DNA of 64,000 bases. It comes from Lingula anatina. Taxonomy: Eukaryota; Animalia; Brachiopoda. Shown here piece by piece: positions 52,352 to 64,000 of the stretch (the stretch's first letter is position 1; the number at the start of each line of letters is the position of its first letter). The position numbers and the translations under genes were made by a program. The notes below the pieces were generated by a model. The model ran no database searches and was not told the DNA's origin. It saw only the letters and a list, made by a program, of their open reading frames with translations. Location of the stretch: assembly GCA_051362555.1 (NCBI GenBank), contig CM120646.1:11408001-11472000 (forward strand), read 5' to 3'.

Positions 52352-53130
52352 GTGAGTTACTTGTGTGTTTAGTGCAGATGTTTGCATTTGCTAGTATGTT
52401 ATATGGTTGTTTTTTTATCAAAAGCATCTGATCCGATTATTTAGTTTTATACATGTATAAAAGTATAATTAATATATCACATTTAGCAATCCATAAAGCA
52501 ATTGTGAAAAGTTAACCCAACAAACGAAATTTGTGCAAAATTGTTTGAAAATAATAACTTTTGCTGACTCGTCACATCATAATTTTTAGGATGATGAGTC
52601 TTATTTAATATTTCTTATTTAATTTTTATCTCTAAGGCCATTACATTTAATGCAGGCAACAATTTGCTACATTGTTATTGTTAAAATTATTAGGATAGTG
52701 GGTTTACATATTGGCCAAATCACGAACAACCGATAGTCATTGTTGCCTTCTCTTTTGTTATGAATGGGACTATGCAAGTTTGTGGTTCACTGGGATGGAG
52801 GAGACATAAAGTAGCATATATATCTCACTTCCTTTTTTGTTATTGGACAAATCTAGTTATCTTTGTAAAATTCTTTTCTATATCTATATAGCCATTTTAT
52901 GCCTTTTATTATGCAAGTCTTGTCTCTGCATTACTGTATTAAAAAAAGAAACAAACTATACATGCGATGTAAATGGGGTTATTAAGGACATAAATGCTTG
53001 CCTGAATACAAGTATTAACTATAAGAAAGGGGTGATAATCAAACAATTTTGCTAGGTTAATCCTCTATATGAGTTTGTAATAGTAGCATCTTTTAAGTTA
53101 AAATAGCATTAAACCGTATCTTTTTCTCAG

Positions 53131-53430
53131 TTGAACCAATTGCGACCTTGAATGCGATTTTCAACAACCCATTCATCACCGGCATCATCTGCCATGTTAG
53201 AGGTGGCCGTCCAAAGCCTGTTGAAACGATCCTTTTAAAGAATGGAAGCGAAATATCTCGCTCCAGACTTAAATGTCAAAGAGAGGCAGTCAATGCAGAT
53301 GACAGTGGAGTAAAATTTTGCTCTTCAGTCCATTCTGTTGAAAACTCGGGAGGTCAGTACAAGTGTAGAGTGGAACATGCCGGTTACGTTGTTGACAGTG
53401 CAGAAGTGGACACCCCATCTAGAACAAAAG
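53131..53430 (+). CDS. IgSF unit C, C-type exon
   Basis: 300-nt phase-1 exon; IICHVRGGRPKP..YKCRVEH. Confidence 0.8.
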
Positions 53431-53625
53431 GTGAACATGAGCAGTGTGATTTCATATATTACAATCTCTTTCTCTCATATTGCATTGTGTTGGTAATATT
53501 TAAAACAGAACTAAAACTGATATTTACTTCAAATATCATTAATTAACACGGCAACACTTTTTATCTCATTTTTAGTTACCAATTCCATTAATTCTTTCAA
53601 TTTTTTATACCATCGTCACCGACAG

Positions 53626-53937
53626 AAAATGAAACAAGTGCTCCAGGGCCTGAGATGAATGACAGAGCGTTTGCACCCAATACAGCGGTTAGTGTTATCG
53701 TAACACTTGCATCAATTATACTTGTCCTGTTTGAACTTGTGTACCTTCGGTTGAGGCAAAGACAGACTCACCAAAACGTTACGGTAAGCTTTACTCATTT
53801 CTGTTTGACATTTGTGAAATAAACTCATTTTATAGATCGTTAAGATGCTGCATCCATTTTCTGTTTCAATGAAGCTTTGTTGTAGAATAACAGTGTTAAA
53901 ACTACGCATGGTGAACAAGTTAAAGGCATTTCAGTGA
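53626..53937 (+). CDS. IgSF unit C, transmembrane exon (53626-53783) and candidate tail exon (53875-53937)
   Basis: ENETSAPGPEMNDRAFAPNTAVSVIVTLASIILVLFELVYLRLRQRQTHQNVT|gtaagc; tail LCCRITVLKLRMVNKLKAFQ*. Confidence 0.7.
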
Positions 53938-56187
53938 AGGCCGTACTGGATTATAAATAGTTCATGCGATGATTTCGCATGGTCATTCCTATCAATCGGT
54001 TCGGATACATTACACTCACACCTAGCGTCAAAACCTGATAGAGCTACCGTAAATATTTCAGGTGCCGGGGCGGTAAAAGCTACTTGATTTGTGGACTTAA
54101 CTCGGGAAACGGTCAAGCGAAAGTGCTTCCTGGCAATGTGCATGTGGAAAACAATGCACCTTGCGGAGGAACACAACCTCCTGTTAGGTGTAGTCTTTGA
54201 TGATGATGATAGATTAAAGCATTACAAGCCAGGGTTTTCCGCCAAATACTCATGTTTAATGAATTTTCACGATAACGGCATCTTTCTCCGACTTACCAAC
54301 TTTTAATCTTCCCTTTCTAACATGTACACTCTTATTACTGTTGCGTTTCTGTGTGCGTTTGTTCAGTTGTTGTTGAAATATTGCATTATCATTACCAAAT
54401 TTGCCATCCGAAGTTTGAATAATTACAATCATTGCAGCATAGTTGAATAAAACCATAAGTAAGTAAGAATAAAGATATATTAAAAGACATATGTAAACAA
54501 ATTTAAGACAAAATATCTAAAATGCAAGGTTGAAAAAGTATCAGTTAATTCTGAAACTTGTATATGGCACTTGTTAAAAAGTCACTCATTGATCGTTTGG
54601 TTTTAATTTTAGGTCTTTTGAATGTTTCCTATTCCCTTAAGGAATATTTGACATTTTGTTTTGTTTGTAAAAGATAATGCAGTCTATGATCCGGTTGATT
54701 TGATATACTTATAAACAATTTTGCATCCATTGAGCCGTCTTTCAATCAGTAGTTCAAGTTTACCATGTTCACAAGCAGCGTCATATTCAAGATCGGGATA
54801 AATTATCTTAAGAGGTGTTTCTTTAGACTTTTCTACTAGGGTGGTCAATTCATTCGTTAACTCAAAGTACCAGGCTTGAATTATTATATAAAGGCAAATA
54901 TTCCATATTCATACCGACAGCACATGCACATTCAGTATATGCACATACCAATTGCAGTAGAGAAGACAACAATCACACTGAAAACGCATAGGTAAATAAA
55001 TAAATGTGACGCAAAACGTGTCTTGCCAAAATACGTACGTCTAAGCGTTTATCGCGTTATTACTACCGATGTCAGAGTGGGATTTACAAACGAGGAACGG
55101 GACGATGTAACCTAGGACGTTTTGTGTAAGTGGAGTGAGTTTGGGGTGATTTATTGGCTGTATCTATTTTATTTAGAATTTTTGAAGCGAGTGGGGTTGT
55201 TTTTTTTTCATAAGCTCACTCTTTTTTATTGACTCTATAGGGGCCTATGGGGATTTAACGACATTCGTTTTGAAAATTTCAAGCGATTTTTGCTTTAGGA
55301 AGACCGGTAATATTTTAGTGATCTCTCCCCCCCCCCACGCGTTGTCCCTCGACCGGTTGATTGAGCTTCCTTTCGTCCTTTCGTGTAGGTCCGCGGTATT
55401 TAGATAGCGGCCTTACTAGACCTCGGCTTTTTTCGTAGTGAATGCTGCCAAGGTGAAAGTCAGGAGTGTGATTTCATTTCCAAGTAGAGAAATTATGCGT
55501 TGTGCTAGGCCTATTGGAGTTTTTTTGCTAACATTGCAGAATATGTTTCAATTATTTTCCATTTACTTTAAAAGCAGAATCAAACTGGAGAAGGTGAAAC
55601 AAATACATAACGTTTACTGGTTGATACTGGTAATACTAGGTAAGATCAATATCAATTTTATCGATGCACTAGTTCTGTATGTCAACATTGGATTGAATGG
55701 TGCTGCAAGAAATTGAGTCTTTTGAGTTTATGAAAGTGTATGCCTCTGTAGACGTTAATTGTATCTTAAAAATAAGAAAATATGAGAAACAGATATACCT
55801 GTATAGACACAAGTACTGGTAACCTTACATTCTGCATTGAAACGCATCATTTACCCTGTCTGCATAGTGTTGTTGGCCGTGACGGCGGGTGGGTTGTTGA
55901 ATGGTTTAAATGCAATATCGATTTTTGTTGAAAAAAACCAGCAGGCACGCGACATTGCTTCAAAGTTTTAATATTCAATGCTGGTCTACATTGATTCGCC
56001 ATAAGATTTATCAACATTTACCATAAGTTGATTACATACTGATTTTAAGATGACACAAACAACATTGATTTTAAATTTCTATATTCATATTGTAAATTGT
56101 ATATAAGAAAACTGCTATAAATTAAATGGAATTACATACACTGTATATATTTCTGTATACAAAAACATGGCATAAAATAGGAAGTTA

Positions 56188-59100
56188 CAGTAGAAATAAT
56201 AATTATGTTTCCGTTGTACGACGTTTTAAAAGCGTCAGAATGTTTTAATCCCTATCCTGTGAATAGAAGGGGGCGGACAAACAATGGAAAGCCGTCTAAT
56301 CCCTTCAAAATTCGAACGCAAAAACACAATAGTTTAGGCGTAATAACACACAATACCTTAGGCGAGTGAACCCCATGACGCCTGTTTCTGTGGTCCAGCG
56401 CGAGCGCGACAATCCGCTGTGACTAGGTGAAATTAACAGCAGGATACATCAGCCAGAAGGTGCCCATTGTTTGTTGCGGCGATAGGATTACAGCTTTAAG
56501 ATGCTAGAACCCATGCTAACGCGTGCCATTCCCATGGCCACCTATCCTTATGTTCACTAGCTTGGCACGCGCAGCTGATCATGTTTTAAATGTTGCAAGA
56601 TAACTGCTAGTTTAATTTAGTATCAGTTATTTAATTCAATATGAAGTGTTCTGTGGTCAAAAATTGAATTTGATAAACATGCATCAGCATCGTACATCAG
56701 CATGATCAACAAATCACCCCGTCTCAAAAAGTTTAAAGATGCTCCGTACACAAATTTTCATCATCGCGACCTGTGTAAAAATAGATTACTGTTTAGAAAT
56801 AACAAAGAAAGAAACATTATTAAAACAATTTATTCACATTACAAGCTGACGTGTTGCCTCAATTACTCCATTAAGTTACATTTTATATAAAATAATAGAG
56901 CGAATCCGTAAAAGGATAATAATAGAAAATCTTAATAAATAAATAAATAAATAAATAAATAAACAGGCCCGCAGCCAGGGGGAGTTCAAGAGGTTCGAAA
57001 GAAACCCCTTTTGCTGAAAAAAGGTCCACTCTGGGTAAAATTTGACATAAGTACATGGGGTTTTTCGGTAAAAGGTCCACTTTTTCAGAAAAAGACCCTC
57101 CCCCCCCCCTTTGAAATTGCTGGCTACGGGCTTGATAAATAAATAAATAAATAAATTATTTAAAGAATTAAGTAAATAATTAGATGACATTAAAAATCAA
57201 ATAAAAAAGATAAAAATTAGATGGTATAAATCATTAAAAAAGGTAAATTATTTCAAATAATTTAATAAATATATTATGATTTAATAATTAAATGAATAAA
57301 TCGCTGTGAAGAAATAATCATTATCAAAGGCCACAGATATATTTTCACTAGTTACCAGTATAGACAGATGTGTATCTGGTTATTTGATGGGACCTTTTGG
57401 CACGCGCGTTAGGGGAACGAGCACATTAACTAACTTCTTTTAAGATTAAAGTGAGTGTCCTATCATTTGAAAGCCAACAAAATATTTCATTCCACATTAG
57501 AGAAATTAGCCTCATAATTACATTTGTAATTTTATAACTGGGTTTATGTAACTCTTCGCTGTTCAGTAACAGTTATAAAGGAAAGTTAGATTTTGCTTGT
57601 ATGAAACACACTTTTTATTTTGATAAAAATCGACTGCGCAAGCAGCATATTGATATAAGGCTTTCGATGATGATTGTGCATGAAACGTCAAGTCATTTTT
57701 CCTTTTCATAATAGTGCTGGGCACCCAGGTGTTGAATCTTTTACTCGACGTGCATCTCCTAATATTGTATAGGCATGATTTCAGGTTGTCCGGGAGCGAT
57801 GACGATTGCGTTCATAATGGGTTGTTTGCAGCATAAGGCCCTTATGCTTTGTGATATATGTGAATAAACCTAGCTTACTAAATAACTATTACCAAAGTGA
57901 AGCATGGCTTTAGGTTTAACAGTCCAAGATTTATTCAATAAGGGCAGTTAACTTGGACCAGTCTTGTTTCATTAACTTTGCGAATGGAAGTCTCCGTCGT
58001 CAACGTAAATTTCCAATATGATTTTACATCACTTATCTGATTTAACAATCTTATTGTTTAGGTTTTGTTTAAGGTTGTATGAGAAAAGATAATGATCGCG
58101 TTTAACAATAGATTGAGGGCTACAGTAAGTCCCTTCTCTTTGGGCGATGTCGAAGACTGTTAATTCAACATACTTTCATAAACATGTAGTGTGACCACAC
58201 TGTCAGCCATCCCCCTTGTTGCACGTTGCAAGCGATTTGTCTCATAACTATGACAAGGCGTTCTTTTTTCTCGTTGTTGTTTAAAAACGGACCACTTTGT
58301 CAAGGCTAATTGCTTAGCTCTTTGCGCGTCATATGTACTTAGCTCTTTGCGCGTCATATGTAAACGCTAAGATATGAATGTTATACCGGGTAGTTGATTG
58401 TTTTGCCCGGTCGCCGCACTTATGCTTTCTTACTAGAGCGATCTAGAACAACTAAGTCGCTAGTTTTCCCTGTTTGTAACTGTAGCAAAATATGTTCGAC
58501 ATGCCGTTTCTGCACGACAGCCGGAGACACAGTAATTGTATAAGGCATGGTTTAAGCTTGTTCGAGAGATAATAACAGTCGCGTTTAACAAAAGATAGTA
58601 AGACCCCCTCCTCTTTAACTGATGTCTTACACTGTTAATATTGACCGCACTTTCATATATTATGTAATACACTGTCAGATTTTCCACTGTTGCACGTTGG
58701 CGTTGGATTGTACTTGTGCCTCTGTCAATGCACCTCATTTAGTTTAAATATTTTTACCGCACAAACCTTTGTGGTTTAGAGTTATTAGTTTAGTAGTAGG
58801 AATAGGATGCTTGGACAAAAAGCTTCTAGTCAACTCGCTTAGACCTAGGGTGTGATGCTGTTATCATCCGAGGAAACACCTACACTGAATCCTCTACCTG
58901 AAGTCCCTAGCTGAAACAAAAAATGCCCCTTGAACCGGTCCATTTTAAAAGCGTCGAATCATTTTTGATATCATTGAGCGTCTTTAAACGAAAGCTTTTA
59001 AGTCACAAAAACAGAACCGTGTGGTGATTATTTATTAAAGCGTAGGTTTATTCATCATGATCTATTTTGTAAACAATACTTGCCTAGATTTTACTTGGAT

Positions 59101-61621
59101 TGATCATCGTCACTGTTTGGCTACTCGCCTATAATGCGTGCTGAACGACAGACAACTTATAAATATTATCTGTGTTACTGTGTATATGACCACGTTAAGT
59201 TAAAATAGAACGGTGTCGGTGATTTAATCCATCCAACATATTTATATTTCTCCTTTTAAAACCAGTGTTAGGTTAACATCAAGTCAAAGCAAGCCTTGCA
59301 GATGATTTTGTTTAAATTTTCGTAAATTAAGTAAAGCTAAGTAAAGCCTGTTTCTAGTTCATCCACGCTATAAAACTGCATAAAGGATAACAAGTCTCTG
59401 TAGCCAATTAACTTTCACAATGTCCTGTGCTTTAGAGTCCCATGTTATACAATAAAATGAGTATGGCCTGAGAGAAATATAAATATGAGGCCGTGTATGA
59501 AGATGTTTCAAATAATAAAAATCAAGAATTTAAACATGTTCGGTACATGCACATCACTTAATAAGTCATTTCACAAGAATGGCATCTAATTTTTCAGATT
59601 AACCTCCACTTTTATCGATCTCAACGCCTTGTCTGATGTTTACATGTAGGCGGTATACTCCAATTTTAATTGCGAACAATATCAACAGCGACTCGAGATC
59701 GTTGCCTGTCTTTCACACTTTTACACAAACTCATGAAGGGTTAATAAAAGGATTCGCGTTGCGACATCTATCTCTTTCTTTCGGACAAGCAAATTAAGGG
59801 CTGACCCGATGTAAGCTTTCATAACTAATTTCTCTTTGACTGTACAGGGGTATATTGTAATTACCCCACTTGGTCGCCTCCATTGTCTTGTAACAGTGAC
59901 AAAGAATGTGTTTTCACACGCTAGTTTACATAACTCCTTTACCTTGTGTCTTTATCAAGGTTATAATCAGTTTGAATAGGTTGTCTTGCCTCACTTAAAA
60001 AGGGAGTTGTTCTTCACACTGGTTGTTGCCTAACTTATGCTAACCTACTTTGTACAATTATGGTTTTAATACATCGCCAAAATTATGACACTAGTGAACA
60101 TTGTGTATCAAACGTTTTGATACCATTAAATAAATGTGCAGGAAGGATTACGGAATGAGTTACTATTTACCCCCCCCCCACGCGCCCCCCAAAAAATGCT
60201 CTTTTGATTTCGAAATGAATTTGTTTTTAACGCAAAGAGGTCCAAAACCCCTTTCACGACTCAGTCATTGTACAGCATGTTGTAATCGATATTTAAAAAA
60301 ATTCATTTTTGTACCCCGCCTTTCAGTGTTTATTGTGGTGCTTGCTTTCATCGGGGACAGTGCCTGTTGAGGTTACAATGACCTCGCTAGCCTATCTCCA
60401 TAGGTTACTGGAATATATCTAAGTACACGTAAAGCTTTGTAAAGTCTCTTTTGTCACACATCATAGTTATTGAATTTTGTCTTGAATGAAAAAATACCCT
60501 CAAATTATCGTTTTGTGCTTAAACGTTTCATAACTTGGACCGAAGTTTGATATACAGTGTACTGTAGCTACAATGGCATTCCTCAAGTTGGGTCTGCTGG
60601 GGGAGGGGGGCATTTAAATGGTAAACGAAGAAGTCCACCTGTAAACAGCAGCGGTTTAAATGATCGCTATCTCGGTTCCTTTTTCTTTGACAGCATCATG
60701 GAAAATGTTAAGGGAGAAAGTCACACATACCCACGGCGTTGTTTTGTCTTCAGCATTTCCTCCTTCTTGCTTACTGCAATTATTATCGCCAATTAATGAA
60801 ACCGAGAAAGCAATTAAATGATGGCACATTGAATATAATCACTAGGTGCATTTCGCTGAGTGTTAACAAGATCTAGGGAAACATTTTATTTCAAAATAAA
60901 TTTATATGTGATTTTACCTCTGTCGTGTGTGTTATTTCAAACAAAACGATTTCCTGAAAGACCAACTTTAAAATGTATGTCTATTCAGCAAAATAATGTA
61001 ATTAAATACAACTATGAGTAATGTATTTAAACTACGGCCGTATATGCGATGGCCATGTGGGATTATAATTGCATACCTTGATGCAAAACAGTCTATCGTT
61101 TCTTCCACCGCGAGTCCCTTTAATTAATGTATTATATTACTCTTTACCCTTTTTATTTGACACTGTCTCCGTTTCTCTCCCCTTTTCCTTTCTCTTGTAA
61201 GAAGGAGGGCAAATAATTAAGCATTCGAAATATGCATCACCAATCTTCAGAAAAGAATGAGTGAATGAACCATTGGGCTGGCCCACAACGTCCGACACAG
61301 CAGAATAAATTAAGTAACAGCTTTCACAGATTTAACTGCATTTAGCTGTATAGCGTCACTATATACATAATCCGCTGCACGCGCGAAGCTGTTGAACAAA
61401 AGGATAGTTCTCTATGGAAGACCTTTTGTTTACATAAGTACTCTAAGGGGGCGTGCCTACCCAGGCGACAAGAGAATAAGGCTAGTCACTATATTCCGTC
61501 AAAATCGTTTAGCGACCCTATCATTATCACACTCCCTCTATTGTATTTTCTGACGTTATAATTGTATCTAATCTTCTTACGTTAGATGGAATAAATGCAC
61601 ACATACATAATCTTATGACTG
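56188..61621 (-). mobile_element. Repeat family X, copy 3 (apparently full length, ~5.4 kb)
   Basis: gaagtTA|cagt...actg|TAcctttaaaaag versus empty site gaagtTAccattaaaaag at 48099-48100. Confidence 0.88.
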
Positions 61622-62979
61622 TACCTTTAAAAAGATTTCTGATGAACATTTTAATATTGTTAATTGTTAAAACAATATGTCCAAAAGTAGTTTTCCAATG
61701 AGAATTCTAATAAAAACTTTTCATTTTGTTGTGTTCACAAAATTAAAATCTAGCCTAAAGGAAAATTTAGCAAATTTCAAATTATATCTCAACTTCACAT
61801 CGCTGTGGTCGCAGTCCCTTTTGTGATTTCGTGATAGTTTGATATCTCTGATGTAATATTTGGGTCTCGAATGAAAAAAAACGTGTAGTTTATTCAGTAC
61901 TGATTTTACTGTCTAAATTGTGTTTTATCACAATAATCAGTGACAATAATCAGTGACAAGCAAACTTAAGTCGCTCAAAAAAAAAAAAAAAAAAATGCTT
62001 CACACACTCGCTCACAAAATAACTGCTTCATACAGAAGACTGCCATTATTTTTACAACGTTAAACTTGTAAGTGATTAATTAAAGAAAAAAAAAAAACAG
62101 TGATGATTGAATTTGCAAAGTGGGTAAACGTTTCCACTGCTGTACACGTACATGTATGTTCCTTTTTGGGGTTAGACGATGGCGTACTTTTTTATCCATA
62201 GTTTCAAGAGAGTGATACTTTGCTACAAACTTCTTCATGTGGGACCATAATAAAATAATAAAATATAGTTTGTAATCTGTGCACTAAATATTCTAAGAAC
62301 ATGCCTGTGGCCTCATGTGCCGCACTAAATTAAAAATTCAATTATCGGTAGAAACATTTTTGTAATATCAGGTAAAAGATGCACTTTAAAATGCCCTTTA
62401 TTGGTTAGAGATGTGTAGTTTGTGAAATCGCATATAGATAATCTCTTCATTCTGGTGAAATATAGGGCAATGTCTTTTTAAAACAAATTGGTGTTTATAC
62501 AACTATACCTTTATGTGTGTCTTTTTTCTCTTATCTTTCTTTTACCTTCATGGTCTTTGGGAAAGCGCAGTTAGTTTAAGCACCCTTAATAGACCCAGAC
62601 GAGTTACGTGCTGCACCTACAAAATTAAAAATAAAAACAATTTAACTATAATTAAAAGAACTGTTTGAAAAGCGAAGGTGGAAGATTACAGTTAAGAAGC
62701 CGCGAGTATAAGAAAACTATTACAGATTACCAGTATAAACTCTTCCATTCAAATTAAATTAAAGTTATTCTTACTATCACAGTATCTTTGTCCGTTTATA
62801 TATATTTTTACGAATATCATAAACTATACAATTAAATTTCTGTGCCTAGCTGTACCTCTTCACACATTATTGTGTTCATTTTTTAAATTAATAATACTCC
62901 TAACCTTTCCATTCGAGACAAAGGCAAACGCATTTTTAAAGTGTGTATGTGTATGTTTGAGAAAGGGCTCCATGAGCTA

Positions 62980-64000
62980 ACTATTTAGCCGCAAACATTA
63001 TCTGTGAATATCTAGTGAAAAACCAATTAATGGACCTGGTACAGGGTACATCAAGACTATAAAACATCATTGGGACTAAGATAATTTTCCACGATAAAGT
63101 CGTTCATGATCATGAAAGCGTTTCCCCTTATACCACCGTGAACAGGTAGATGTCTTTAGCTGTAGGCAGATCGAAAGGCTTTCTTAAGTGAGCCCAGCAC
63201 ACTTAAAGTATCTGTTATACAAAGTTTAAATACAATGTACCTCTGCTGAGAAAAAAAAATATGTAACATTTAGGATTTCGTCGCTGTCATTCATAAAAAT
63301 TCAAACGGATTATTTACCCTCTCGGCATAGTGTTGTTGGTCGTGACAGAGGGGGATTGTTTGGTTGTTGAATAATTTATTTAAGTACAATATCGATTAGG
63401 GGAGAATAAAAGTGCACAAAGGAGGTACACAGATGATTCAAATACCTTTGCTAGTGCTTTGTTTGTTTTACTTTTTGGCGTATTCACGCGTAGCACTGTC
63501 AGGATAAATCAATCGCCCAAGGTTAACGCCATGGTGTTTTTCTTATGTAACTTGAGCATGTAATAAAAGGGCAAGCTCTTTTTGTAAATCGTTAAAATGA
63601 ATCCTAGGTAGCATCACGCCAACACCTCTGATAATTTTTATGAAACTTTCCACGCACATCTAACTTGGTTTCAGCTAGTCATTTGGCAGGGGCTTTGCTA
63701 GATGACCCAAATACCGTGTTTGTGCGAGAAAATGGAACTGCCAAACTCCATTGGACACTGTTTATTGGGGAAAATGCAGGCTTGGCGTCGGTTCTCGCCA
63801 TGATCAAAAAGAGAGATACCCCCGGTACTCCGCTTTGTCAGTGGGTGAAGTTACGTGCACACGGGGAGGACAACCATTGCGACCGAGGATTGAACTTAAC
63901 AATCACCCCAGAACATATGCGTGTACCAGGTCCAACGAACATTACTGCTACGTTTTCCTTTAAGAACAAGGGGCGTGTCGATGATGGGATCTACGAGTGT
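62980..64000 (+). repeat. Very recent duplicate of 29780-30838 (intron end + V1)
   Basis: Near base-for-base match from tatttagccgcaaacattatctg onward, apart from one ~40-nt deletion just before the acceptor. Confidence 0.92.
63675..64000 (+). CDS. IgSF unit D, V exon (runs off the window)
   Basis: tttcag| acceptor; only three differences from B-V1 seen by eye (ctt/ctc; ggaatgagc/ggattgaac, MS to LN). Confidence 0.85.

Overview
AT-rich, intron-rich animal genomic DNA, probably a marine invertebrate judging from the repeat families present (ISL2EU, Academ, Chapaev, Kolobok, Helentron-type, Penelope). The backbone is a tandem array of + strand immunoglobulin-superfamily receptor genes built from phase-1/phase-1 exons: leader - V-like Ig - C1/C2-like Ig - transmembrane - short tail. 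Four units are visible. Unit A (5168-18042) is L-V-C-TM-tail. Unit B (22054-39923) is L-V1-C1-V2-C2-TM-tail plus a broken extra C exon. Unit C (51961-53937) has lost its V acceptor and has no visible leader. Unit D (63675 to the window end) is almost identical to B-V1. The Ig domains are atypical: B-strand Cys is mostly Trp, the C-strand Trp is absent, and there are extra Cys pairs. The V exons are sequence mosaics of one another. Introns and spacers hold many, often nested, transposons, including a two-gene ISL2EU element (broken THAP-DDE transposase, intact SWIM-YqaJ-PHD gene), an unclassified 5.4-kb element in three copies and a Tc1 foldback. A spliced 4-exon, 122-aa gene absent from the ORF track lies on the minus strand at 377-1505. 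All alignments and splice models were made by eye; none has been checked against databases or transcripts.
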